Shown: positions 1 through 9,449 of the stretch, piece after piece
Numbering within the stretch: the stretch's first letter is position 1
How the letters are laid out: the number at the start of each line of letters is the position of its first letter
Assembly: GCA_965223615.1 (NCBI GenBank)
Contig: CBDCXB010000002.1
Coordinates: 114,267-178,266, forward strand
Origin: Nitrospirales bacterium
Lineage (GTDB): Bacteria > Nitrospirota > Nitrospiria > Nitrospirales > UBA8639
Direction: 5' to 3'
Length of the DNA: 64,000 nucleotides
The notes under the pieces: generated by a model
Told to the model about the DNA's origin: nothing
Databases searched by the model: none
Seen by the model: the letters and a program-made list of their open reading frames with translations, nothing else
Made by a program: the position numbers and the translations under genes

Positions 1-51
1 AGGTCTGAACGACGCATGCTCCCTCTACATGGTTCTCTTTACTCTAAGGGT

Positions 52-80
52 ACGGCTCATCTCTTTTCGAGGTGGGCCGT
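52..80. other. GC-rich stem-loop, possibly the terminator of an upstream gene
   Basis: acggctcatctc-ttttc-gaggtgggccgt pairs over 12 bp with two G-U pairs; function not established. Confidence 0.3.
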
Positions 81-361
81 TGGCCTTTGGGGACTTATTC
101 CTCAAAATGGGGGGTGACTCCTCTGCGCAGAAACTCTAAATTTCACCTTCTCTAAGGTACCGAGTAATTGGCAAAGGAATGTTTCCTTTCCGATTAAAAG
201 TTTCTCTCAAGCCAACTCACTTTCCTTTGTACCCGATTGAACCTTTTGCTCAAATGGTTCGACTCACATACAATGCAGCTGTTTGAACCTTTTACTTCAT
301 TTCCTTGATCGTCATGAACAAGTAGATGAATCCAATGACTTTCAGCCCCCAGGAGGTCTGT

Positions 362-1513
362 ATGGTACGTGATCAGATTCAGCAGTGTATGCTTTTTGTC
401 TTGGGTATTCTTGCTTGTTCGGCAGTTTCCATTGGGGCAACAGAACCTTCGGATTCTTTGAATATTTCTTTGAAGCGCCCCCTCCATTTTCTCACGGCTG
501 ATGGGAGCGATGTGTTACTTCACCCTGGAGGCTATCAGGTGATGGCAACCGAGGACTGGTTAAAGGTCATACCGGAGGATGGCGGGACCCATGATGCTAT
601 TCTCCTTGAGGCCACAGTCTCCAGTCATGACGAAGATGTGGAGTTTCCAGAGGCCTTGACCAATATTGGAGACACAGAAGATGTGGAATATGTTGCCTTA
701 CTTCTTCCCAGTGGACGATTGTTAGAGGCATTGGGAACGTCTAGCGGGATACGGCCTCGAGGGCTGAAATTCGGACGGGTGTCCCGCTATAAAACAAGAA
801 AAATATTTCGAAGAGCCAGGAGCTCGGCGCGACAGGGATTAACCCGTACCGAAAAGCCGTCTAGTTCCGGTGGGAGTCCTGGCCCTTCCTGTGGAAAAAC
901 CGAATCCAGATACAAGACTGCACCAACTTGTGTCTGTAAAGGGGGCGAGCATAAGTCTACCTGGACTAAAAAATTTAAACGCAAACACTTAAATTTTGAC
1001 GAACAATGTAAGATGGCCGCGAATGGGGCTAAATATTTTTGTTCGACCAAGGGGAAAGTCGTCGGATTTCAGTATAAGGTTTTGGAAAAGAAGTCTCAGA
1101 AAACGTCTAAAGGGAGTTATGAAGGCCATTGTAAAGTCAAATATCAATGCAGGTATCAAAAAATCAAACATTCTCGACTCATTAAAAAGGGGCAACCCTT
1201 TCCCCGGATCAAAAATGGAGAGGAAGGGGGGAATATGGGAAGTGTTAAGGTCATACGAAATGAATACCATACAGAATCCGTTGACCATGAAGCGTTGCTA
1301 AAACAAGCGTGTCTCAATGGCAAAAATAAAACGATTAAAGAACTGCTTGAGAAAAAGTTTGAAAAAGTCCGTTCGTTTGATCAGGAATTTCTTCGGAAAG
1401 AAAAAGCCGATTGGGATACCTATTATTGGCTGAAGTGTGTGTTTCGGTATAAATACACCTATTGGCCGGTGGCCCGAAAAGATACCGGTATTTATTGGTG
1501 TGAAAACCAATAA
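362..1513 (+). CDS. Secreted hypothetical protein: N-terminal domain ending in GIRPRG, then a Cys/Lys-rich C-terminal region
   Basis: ORF 326..1513; GGAGG RBS 6 nt before ATG 362. Signal peptide (MLFVLGILACSAVSIGA). Many Cys after residue ~190. The N-terminal block resembles, from recall, a domain shared by Nitrospira secreted proteins. Confidence 0.8.
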   Translation: MVRDQIQQCMLFVLGILACSAVSIGATEPSDSLNISLKRPLHFLTADGSDVLLHPGGYQVMATEDWLKVIPEDGGTHDAILLEATVSSHDEDVEFPEALTNIGDTEDVEYVALLLPSGRLLEALGTSSGIRPRGLKFGRVSRYKTRKIFRRARSSARQGLTRTEKPSSSGGSPGPSCGKTESRYKTAPTCVCKGGEHKSTWTKKFKRKHLNFDEQCKMAANGAKYFCSTKGKVVGFQYKVLEKKSQKTSKGSYEGHCKVKYQCRYQKIKHSRLIKKGQPFPRIKNGEEGGNMGSVKVIRNEYHTESVDHEALLKQACLNGKNKTIKELLEKKFEKVRSFDQEFLRKEKADWDTYYWLKCVFRYKYTYWPVARKDTGIYWCENQ

Positions 1514-1695
1514 GATTCGAAGTAAGGATGATGAATCGGGGGGATTGAATCGAGAGAGACTTTCGCATCACACACGATATATGGAATGTTCATCACAAAC
1601 AAATGAAACTCTGAATGAAATTGAAGACAGATTCAGTAGGTAAAAAAGAATGAATGTGAGAAGGTGAACAAAATTTACACCAAAGGGGGAAAGGG

Positions 1696-2658
1696 ATGAA
1701 AGGAAGGTTGAAGGTGGGATGTCCATGTTTATCGACCATCACTCTGTTGTTGACGTTTATCACCCCTCTTGTCCTTCCCTCTCACGTTCAGGCTGGGGCT
1801 AAAGACGAAGCCCAACGGTATTGTTCTCAGTATAAAACTTCTACTCGACAACATTGCAATGTTGAAAAGTGCCCCTGTGGGGTCGGACAAAAGATCTTGA
1901 AAAAGTTTAAACGGAGTGGGATGAAGCGGGGATATTGCGTGTGTGTCTCGAAGTTTGTGAAGAAATCCGACAATCGAGCCCGTGCGGAACAGGCCTGTGA
2001 TTCCTATGAAGACAAGTATGGAGAAGAATGTCTTGTTTCTTCACGGAATTGTCCCCGAGGCATGATCCCTGTCGCTAAGTATCGAGGAGGGCCAAGGGTC
2101 AAGTATAGTGCCTGTCGAGATAAAAATGGCCCAGAACGGTTTAAGAAATTCTCGAATGAAATGAATCAAATTATGCCGCAAGCCCTGTTGCTGGTGAACA
2201 GTTATAAGGCGTTTTTTAAACGGATTAAGAATAAAGCGGATAGGCTGACTCCTCTTCCGATGGCTACACGCAGAGCCCTGCAACGCTATTTTCCAAAAGT
2301 TAATTTAGAGCGGGTAAGAATTGGGTATTCCAGCAGAGCGACTTCGGCCGGGATCACCGATTGCCATCGAATATATTTCAAACACGAGTACAATGCTAAA
2401 AACATTCGAGGAGGGCGGATTACCCGGCTTCTGTTGCATGAGCTGTATCATGCTCAGCAGTGTTCTCAGTGGGGAGGGAGAAACCGGTATGCGATGAAAT
2501 GGTTTCGCAATTTGGCTCCAGGAGTTGTACGAGGGTTAAAACGTAATCATGAAAAGTTCGGTGACCGGATTCACGATAAAATGCCGATGGAACAACAAGC
2601 AGAGCGGGCTGCCAGGTCCCGGTGTTTAAACATGTCGACTTGTAAGAGGGACTGGTAG
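1696..2658 (+). CDS. Secreted Cys-rich protein with a C-terminal DUF4157-like zinc metallopeptidase domain
   Basis: Signal peptide ending VQA; two Cys-rich modules; LPMATRRALQRYFPKVNLERVRIG...AGITDCHRIYF...LLLHELYHAQQ matches the DUF4157 pattern with HExxH. Confidence 0.75.
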   Translation: MKGRLKVGCPCLSTITLLLTFITPLVLPSHVQAGAKDEAQRYCSQYKTSTRQHCNVEKCPCGVGQKILKKFKRSGMKRGYCVCVSKFVKKSDNRARAEQACDSYEDKYGEECLVSSRNCPRGMIPVAKYRGGPRVKYSACRDKNGPERFKKFSNEMNQIMPQALLLVNSYKAFFKRIKNKADRLTPLPMATRRALQRYFPKVNLERVRIGYSSRATSAGITDCHRIYFKHEYNAKNIRGGRITRLLLHELYHAQQCSQWGGRNRYAMKWFRNLAPGVVRGLKRNHEKFGDRIHDKMPMEQQAERAARSRCLNMSTCKRDW

Positions 2659-2803
2659 GTTCACTCAATAATGAAGAATCGGACCCTACAGTGGATCAAA
2701 GGGAAGCTCTAAGGAAGGGGAATTGGCTTGAAACGTCTCCTAAGGATGAAAAAAATCAAAGTTAAAGTCTTGCTTTAGGAGTACTTTTTCCGGAAGCCTC
2801 TCG

Positions 2804-3229
2804 TTAAAACTTACTGCTTTTGGTGTCAGGTCGGGTTTGGAGAGTCGGAGAAACCTTGTCCGCTTGAACCGACGGTCGAATTTGCAAGCTTGGGCGTTCA
2901 ACCTTCGGCGTTTTCACATCCGGCCGATTCTGCAATCCGGGGCGTTCAACTTTAGGTGTTTTGACATCGGGACGACTGTGCAGTCCAGGCTGTTCAACTT
3001 TTGGAGTCTTGACGGACGGTCTTTTGAGTGTTTGGTTGGATATTGCCGCCTTATTCGTTTCGGAAACCTGAATATCTTTCGATCCAGCCAAGACCTCACC
3101 CATATTGACGCCTATTGAGGCTCCAAGGGCCGCAACCATGGCCGCGAGTTTTTTTGCACGTAAAGCTGAATCATTGGGGGAAAGATTGTTGGAGTCACGA
3201 TCAGAGTGTTGAGGGGGATTTTTCATCAT
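2804..3229 (-). CDS. Repeat-containing peptide with a hydrophobic leader; candidate modified-peptide precursor
   Basis: AAGGAG RBS just upstream of ATGATG; hydrophobic KKLAAMVAALGASIGV segment; three 16-aa repeats plus a degenerate one; overlaps the stop of the upstream YkgJ gene by 29 nt. Confidence 0.8.
   Translation of the reverse strand: MMKNPPQHSDRDSNNLSPNDSALRAKKLAAMVAALGASIGVNMGEVLAGSKDIQVSETNKAAISNQTLKRPSVKTPKVEQPGLHSRPDVKTPKVERPGLQNRPDVKTPKVERPSLQIRPSVQADKVSPTLQTRPDTKSSKF
2828..3016 (-). repeat. Coding tandem repeat, 48-nt period (SVKTPKVEQPGLHSRP / DVKTPKVERPGLQNRP / DVKTPKVERPSLQIRP / SVQADKVSPTLQTRP)
   Basis: Visible in the translation; nucleotide divergence is mostly synonymous. 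Confidence 0.9.
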
Positions 3230-3977
3230 CGTCTCCTTTTTGTTGCTGGGTAATCCAGGCTTCCATTGCGGCTAAGTATACATTCAGTCGTTCAGGTAGA
3301 TCCACTGGTTCAGTCATTCCATGGGCCTGGCAATATTGAGCGACGACGATATCTAAATCCAACCATTCTCTTAGGGTTTGTTGAATCGATTCTTCGTCTC
3401 TCAAGTTGCATTTGGTCATTTCGAATGCCTTTTCATCGTTCTCCACGTCCTGCGCCAACATATCCAACATTCGATACACCAGAGTGAGATACCGATCTCG
3501 TACTTCAAGAAAAGGGAATAGGCCCTGTGCGTGTAGAAAATCTTCCACGGTGCCTTCCCGTCCATACACCCCTTCGGTTCTTGGGTGCGGCTTGGCGGGG
3601 TGGAATGATTCGACCCCCTCGCCAGTCACCCGTTGTTCTAAGGGATAAATGCGACAGACCAGAGGGCGATCGGCATGAACCCCGCATCCGTGTTCGGTGA
3701 GTAGAACACAAGCCCCATCCGATCGGTTGTCCAAATAGGGTTTGCCGGGCTCCAAATAGCTGGCAATAAACTGGGTTGTGGAAAGGCCTTTGTTGTGAGC
3801 CAGGCGGGCGACCTCATATGGATTGACCTGAATCTGTTTGTGGTAACAGCAGCGAGAACACCGATGGCAGGTGTAGGAAAAGGCACTTCCTCGTGTGAGT
3901 GGGGTTTCTTTTTGGGATGCCAAGAAAGAGGGGGGTAGCATGGGGATAACCGTACCAATTGAAAAGGAAGACTGCAA
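3201..3977 (-). CDS. YkgJ/FliB-like cysteine-cluster (CxxCxxCC) Fe-S protein
   Basis: YTCHRCSRCC...GACVLL...CGVHADRPLVCRIYP is the family signature; true start uncertain (ATG 3941 or further downstream). Confidence 0.85.
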   Translation of the reverse strand: MQSSFSIGTVIPMLPPSFLASQKETPLTRGSAFSYTCHRCSRCCYHKQIQVNPYEVARLAHNKGLSTTQFIASYLEPGKPYLDNRSDGACVLLTEHGCGVHADRPLVCRIYPLEQRVTGEGVESFHPAKPHPRTEGVYGREGTVEDFLHAQGLFPFLEVRDRYLTLVYRMLDMLAQDVENDEKAFEMTKCNLRDEESIQQTLREWLDLDIVVAQYCQAHGMTEPVDLPERLNVYLAAMEAWITQQQKGDDDEKSPSTL

Positions 3978-4413
3978 GCAGATCTATAGGTCAAAAGGAG
4001 GGTGTCCGGGAAGGAGCCTTTTGATGCTTCAAGGCAAGAATGTTTGCGGGGAATCAAATGGAAAGAAAATTCCTAATTTTTTATGTCAGCCCGGATACAA
4101 TGTTGATATGAACAATCCGGTAACGGAGCCCATTGCAGAAAGAAAGTGCTCCCCAAGGTTAAACCCATCTTGTGCCCGAATGTTACTTTTATGGGGAGAA
4201 GCATGGGAACGTTTCAACAAAGCCCGATCCGGAACAGATATTTGTCGGGGACGGTTAACCGTGGCCGGAGTAAAGAATACGACCGATGATGCTCCTCTGA
4301 AATGTCCGTCTGGCTATTCCTATACACGAAATTACAGGGGACAACCGGATCGATGTGGCAAGCCAGGGAGATGGATTTTTAACGCACCTCCCTTACAATT
4401 CAATAGTAATTAA
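3895..4413 (+). pseudogene. Possible C-terminal fragment of a Cys-rich secreted protein
   Basis: 8 Cys with CQPGY/CPSGY motifs; no signal peptide; its ATG (3940) overlaps the ATG of the divergent YkgJ ORF, leaving no promoter space. Confidence 0.35.
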
Positions 4414-4650
4414 AATATTTTCAGCCCACTTCACCTCTAGGAATAGGGGGTGAAGTGGATTGTTGTTGTGGTGGTATTTTCTTCAAAATATTTCTGAACG
4501 TTGATTAGAGCACTCGGGGCAATCCATTCGAAAAAAATTTTACCTAACCGGCACTCGGTTTTTTTTAAGAATAGTCGAAGTCGTTGTTCAGGTAAATCTA
4601 TTATCTGACGAAGGGCCCTGAATGTCCTGGCAGAAAAAGCCCATGACATA

Positions 4651-6015
4651 TTATTGTTCAATGACGATAGTTTCAAGAAGGGCGGTTAAATTGGGTGCAT
4701 GCTCAAATGACCAAAGAAGGCCTAAAGCTTGAGCACACTGTTCCTTTGGCAATACCTGTCGGGCCAATGAACGAAATTTATTTTCTATCTCGATATCAGA
4801 GAGGGTATGCCCAGGGAAACCTTTGGGGTAGACCAAAGAAGTGGATAAAATCTCTCCAGAATTTGCAGTAACTTTCATATGGCAGTTGTATTCCTTGGCG
4901 AAACGTTGAGTAAAGGCAAAATCTTCATCTACATGTATTTTTTTGATCAGGGAGATCGTTCCTGAATCGGTCAGGGCTTCCTCACTGAAGCTTTTAGGTG
5001 TTATTTTCCCATGGTGAAAAGCGGTGGCGACTAAATAGGGAATGCTATGATCCGCCGTTTCCCGATTTTTGGGTTCCCATTTTTCTAATTCTGTTGCTGC
5101 GCTGGATACGGCTTTTCCATATGTTCGGATGTGAATGGAGGCGATGTCAGGGATTTGAATCTGTGGGCGTAGCTCTAGAGCGAGTGAGATTGGGCCTTGA
5201 GTATGAGTTTGGCAGGGATAAAGCTTGAAAATATTCGACATGATTCGGAAGCCTTCAGTATTATGAGAGAACGGTGTGATCGTCACGGTTTTTCCCAAGG
5301 TTTTTTCCATCAAGCCGTGTGTTCCCTCAAAAGGAGCGTTGGGCCCGGTCAATCCCAACTCCGCTAATTGAGCCATCACGATGGCCGTGCGTGATGAATT
5401 GGCTGCCGCACACCCTTTCCACATAGATAGTTCCCCCGTTCGTGTTACCCCAAGAGGTAAATTCGAAACCATGGCTAGAGAAATGGCATGTCCGAGAGTC
5501 TGATGATTAAGTCCCAGAATTTTTCCAACTCCACAAACAGCTCCGATGACACTGAGGGTGCCATGATCCCATCCCAGGTCTCCAATGGGTATTTGATCCG
5601 ACAGACGACAAAATATTTCATAGGCAAGCACAATTGCAGTGATTGTTGTCTGTCCATCGCAATCCATGGCGTCGGACATGGCTAGTATTGCGGAAAGCAT
5701 ATCGCTAGGATGTCCACCACTGGGTGATGCATAGGCATCGTTGTAATCCAGATAACGAGCCATGCAACCATTGGCGAAGGCCGTCATCTCAGGTGAACTG
5801 GTACTTTGCATACCCCAAATTCTAGAGCTTTTACGGCATTTCAGCCCTTGAGCCCACTTTTTAGCTATATGAGAAGGAGGGGAATGGAATCCTCCAAGTG
5901 CACACCCTAGAGTGTCTATGAGTATTCGCTTGGTCTGGTGTACAACCTCAGGGGGGAGATGGTTATAGGTAAGGCTGCGGGTATAGACGCTAAGCAATTC
6001 AGTGGTTCGGTCCAT
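4651..6015 (-). CDS. prpD: MmgE/PrpD family protein (2-methylcitrate dehydratase-like)
   Basis: TKRILIDTLGCALG, RYLDYND, GGHPSD, KLYPCQTH and YPKGFPGH motifs; 454 aa. Confidence 0.85.
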   Translation of the reverse strand: MDRTTELLSVYTRSLTYNHLPPEVVHQTKRILIDTLGCALGGFHSPPSHIAKKWAQGLKCRKSSRIWGMQSTSSPEMTAFANGCMARYLDYNDAYASPSGGHPSDMLSAILAMSDAMDCDGQTTITAIVLAYEIFCRLSDQIPIGDLGWDHGTLSVIGAVCGVGKILGLNHQTLGHAISLAMVSNLPLGVTRTGELSMWKGCAAANSSRTAIVMAQLAELGLTGPNAPFEGTHGLMEKTLGKTVTITPFSHNTEGFRIMSNIFKLYPCQTHTQGPISLALELRPQIQIPDIASIHIRTYGKAVSSAATELEKWEPKNRETADHSIPYLVATAFHHGKITPKSFSEEALTDSGTISLIKKIHVDEDFAFTQRFAKEYNCHMKVTANSGEILSTSLVYPKGFPGHTLSDIEIENKFRSLARQVLPKEQCAQALGLLWSFEHAPNLTALLETIVIEQ

Positions 6016-6219
6016 GAGGAATCTCTTGGTCGTATTAACTTTTTTATCTCAGGTTCCTATATTCTAGGCCGAAAAAACAGTATATGCTAGGAGTATAAAA
6101 TGAGATATGCCGGTAGGATGTCTAAAAACTTTCTATAGCTCACCTTGATGAATAAACAATATCGATGAAATAATATATTTGATGATGCCTTGTCTGGCTA
6201 ATACTTTTATGTGTTCTGA

Positions 6220-8100
6220 TTGAATGTGCATAGTTTCACTACTCGAAAACCCCCTATGCCCGAACATGGCCTTTCAACGGAAACTTTCCAGCCTTTTGCT
6301 CGATCAGAACTCGAAAAATCTCTGACCGAACGATTCCAGCATCAAGTCAATCAATTCCCAAATCGATTGGCAATCGGACATTCAACTGGCGATTTGACCT
6401 ACGATGAGTTAAATCGAAAAGCCAATGTTGTGGCCAGGAAAGTACTGGAGCGAGTGCTCCCGGGTACAAGGCCTGTTGCCCTTCTTTTCCATTCTGACAC
6501 TGATATGATTGTGGCCTTGCTTGGGGTTCTCAAAGCCGGGCATTTCAGTGTTCCATTGGACCCGTCCCATCCGGCTGGAAGAAATGCGATGATTGTGCAG
6601 GAAGTTCAGCCGGATTTACTCCTCACTAATCATCAAGGAGCAGAGCATTCAGAGGCTCTCGCCCTTCATGTCACCAATATTTTAAATATAGAAGAAATAC
6701 CCAATGGCACCAATGAGACCAATCTTGATGGTCCCAATTTGCCAAGGTCTCTGGCTTTTGTGTTGTTTACCTCAGGGACAACCGGGGCTCCAAAAGGTGT
6801 CGTGATCACCCATCAACTCCTTATGCATTTAGTCATGTACCATACGAATACCCGACAAATTTGTTCAGATGACCGGTTTTCTTCTTTAACACGATGTCAT
6901 CATATTGGTGGGATCGCCGATGTTTTTCGGGCCTTGCTAAATGGCGCAGGGTTGTTTCCCTATGATTTGCGAATTCAAACCGTTGGTGAGTTGATCGAAT
7001 GGCTTATCGATAGGCATATTACGATACTTCACTGTGTGCCTACCATTTTCCGTATGCTAATGGATCAACTTCCGTCAGGTGAACTCCTGCCCTCTTTACG
7101 CCTGATTCACCTTGGGGGGGAACCTGTGACCAAACGAGATGTTGAGCTTTACCAAGAACGTTTTTCGGGCCATTGCCTGTTGGTGAATAACTTTGGTTCT
7201 TCAGAAACCGGGCCGTTGGGTCAGTACTTCGTCACGAAAAACACAAAGTTATCCCATACGATCGTCCCAATCCATTTGAAAGTCGAGGACAAGGAAATAT
7301 TCCTGGTGAACCGGACTCCTTTACCAGATGGCCAAGGAGAGGTTGGGGAGATTGCCGTGAGAAGTCAATATTTGTCTCCGGGGTATTGGGAAAAATCCGA
7401 TAATGACCCAGTCGAGAGATTTGTCGATAAGCGAAACCGCTTCAGAACTTTCCTTACGGGTGACTTAGGTCAGATGGGACCCGATGGGCTCATTCTATAT
7501 AAAGGACGTAAGGATCACCAAGTGAATCTTCGAGGCTTTCGAGTGGATCTGATTGAAGTGGAAGCCAGGATTCGCAATATTACCGACTGCAAGGATGTCG
7601 CGGTGGTTGCCGGAGTATCTGTCGAAGAGGAGGTGCAGCTTGTTGCCTATTTGGTCTCAAAACAAGATATTGAACCAGAGGTAACCGTCCTTCGGAAACG
7701 ACTGTCAGATATATTACCTGGGTACATGATACCGGAGGAATTCTATTTTCTAGATCAATTTCCCAGAACTGCGACGGGCAAAGTTGACCGTCAAGCCCTT
7801 TCCGTCGAATACCAAGATCGTAAAAACCCACCCATTGAGTGTGTCGCTCCACAAAATGAACTGGAGGAAGGGCTTGTGCAATTATGGAAAGATCTGTTGA
7901 ATGTGCCTTCCCTAGGTACTCGGAATAAATTTATAGATTTAGGAGGAAACTCTCTTATTGCCACAAGATTGTCTAATCGAATCGAAGGTTGGTTGGGAAT
8001 TCGATTAACCATTGGGGACATTTTGGCTCATCCGACGATTGAAGAATTATCCCAATACATTCTTGATCGAGAGCCTAGTTCGCCCATTGTTGATGACTGA
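6220..8100 (+). CDS. Stand-alone NRPS-like adenylation + carrier (A-PCP) didomain protein
   Basis: A3 FTSGTTGAPKG, A5 NNFGSSET, A7 TGDLG, A8 GRKDHQVNLRGFRVDL, A10 PRTATGKVDR; PCP motif FIDLGGNSL. No C or TE domain. Alternative start ATG 6256. Confidence 0.93.
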   Translation: MNVHSFTTRKPPMPEHGLSTETFQPFARSELEKSLTERFQHQVNQFPNRLAIGHSTGDLTYDELNRKANVVARKVLERVLPGTRPVALLFHSDTDMIVALLGVLKAGHFSVPLDPSHPAGRNAMIVQEVQPDLLLTNHQGAEHSEALALHVTNILNIEEIPNGTNETNLDGPNLPRSLAFVLFTSGTTGAPKGVVITHQLLMHLVMYHTNTRQICSDDRFSSLTRCHHIGGIADVFRALLNGAGLFPYDLRIQTVGELIEWLIDRHITILHCVPTIFRMLMDQLPSGELLPSLRLIHLGGEPVTKRDVELYQERFSGHCLLVNNFGSSETGPLGQYFVTKNTKLSHTIVPIHLKVEDKEIFLVNRTPLPDGQGEVGEIAVRSQYLSPGYWEKSDNDPVERFVDKRNRFRTFLTGDLGQMGPDGLILYKGRKDHQVNLRGFRVDLIEVEARIRNITDCKDVAVVAGVSVEEEVQLVAYLVSKQDIEPEVTVLRKRLSDILPGYMIPEEFYFLDQFPRTATGKVDRQALSVEYQDRKNPPIECVAPQNELEEGLVQLWKDLLNVPSLGTRNKFIDLGGNSLIATRLSNRIEGWLGIRLTIGDILAHPTIEELSQYILDREPSSPIVDD

Positions 8101-8155
8101 GAATTGAGTGTGAAGATGAAGGATAGATGAGGTTCCCATTTGAAGGACGCATGAA

Positions 8156-9106
8156 GTGAATCAACTCTTCTCTACTCTCACTGACACCTATCTGGAGATT
8201 CCTGAAGCCGTTTCGGTTCTCCTCGCGAATTTTAAGGAAGATCTCTTTAAGCGGAGGTCACGTCTCTACGTCCCTTTAATTTGTGAAGAATTCCTTCAGA
8301 CGATTTCCTCGACGATTGTCGATGGGCTGATCTTTGACTTGGAAGATAGTGTACCTCCTCACCAAAAGGAGTTGGCAAGATATAACATTACTAAGATTCC
8401 ACCAAAAACAAAAGGGGTTGAACATATCCTTAGAATCAATGCCTATCAATCTGGACTTTGGAAAAAGGATTTGGAATTCCTTGATCAATACCCATTTGAT
8501 ACAGTCATGATACCCAAAGTGGAAGCTGCACAGCATGTTGAAATTATTTCTGAGCACTTCCCCACTTCTGGTGTAAGAAAAGTCGTCCTGATTGAAACCA
8601 TTCATGGAATTTGGAATCTTCGTGAAATTGCCAGAACCTTAGGGGAGGGTGATGCGATGGGCTATGGGGCAGGAGATCTGTCCACCACGTTCGGCGTGGC
8701 CCGTGAACCGATCCATGAGTCGTTGATCCTTCAACGCATACTCATGGAGGTACTCATGGCCGCCAAATATGTGGGGGTCGATGTGTTTGATCCTCCATTT
8801 CGAAACTTTTCCGATATGTCGACTTTAGAGAAAGAAGCCCAATTTGGTCGTAAATGTGGAACGATAGGGAAGCAAGCGGTGCACCCTTCGCAATTAGAAA
8901 TCATCAATCGCATATACTCCCCTACAAAGTCCGAGATTGAACAATTCGTCAGAGAATTGGATGGGTTTGCCCATCAAAAGGATCGACAAGCTATAAAAAT
9001 TGATAGAACGTATAAAGGCAAACCATCTAAAGTTCTGGCCGAACAAAAGTTGAAAGATTATGTCAGAAGAGGCTACATTAAGCTGCTTTCTCCAACCAAA
9101 ATTTAA
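8156..9106 (+). CDS. HpcH/HpaI aldolase / citrate lyase beta (CitE-like) family protein
   Basis: RRSRLYVP, DGLIFDLEDSV, RINA, VMIPKVE, LIET and GKQAVHPSQ motifs. Confidence 0.9.
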   Translation: MNQLFSTLTDTYLEIPEAVSVLLANFKEDLFKRRSRLYVPLICEEFLQTISSTIVDGLIFDLEDSVPPHQKELARYNITKIPPKTKGVEHILRINAYQSGLWKKDLEFLDQYPFDTVMIPKVEAAQHVEIISEHFPTSGVRKVVLIETIHGIWNLREIARTLGEGDAMGYGAGDLSTTFGVAREPIHESLILQRILMEVLMAAKYVGVDVFDPPFRNFSDMSTLEKEAQFGRKCGTIGKQAVHPSQLEIINRIYSPTKSEIEQFVRELDGFAHQKDRQAIKIDRTYKGKPSKVLAEQKLKDYVRRGYIKLLSPTKI

Positions 9107-9449
9107 CCAAGAATATTGGGAAGCGATAAAAGTAGAAGTCTTCAATGATCCAGTAATTTTTCTAACGCCTGATTTCATTCTGTGCTTGAGGTGTGCGGGA
9201 TAACAAAATCCCTTGGTTTTCTGATCGTCCCTCCCCTTAAATCCTGTTTCCTGGATCGGACTTTTTAAAAATAGAAGAGAATCTCCCTTATGAGGGGTCC
9301 ATTGGTTGACTATTTTCACTAAGCCCGTATGATGGTCATGGTAGTTCTATGGAAATTTCATTTTTACGGGGACGAATGGATTCATTATTTACATGTGGCT
9401 CGAGGTCTTACGGATAACTTGATATCCAGAGTTGAAGGGGAAAACGTAA

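Noticed and set aside
1-190. Possible c-di-GMP or other riboswitch upstream of the first secreted gene
   Set aside because: A hairpin and a GGCAAA are present, but the GEMM GAAA-tetraloop/GCAAAGC core is missing on both strands.
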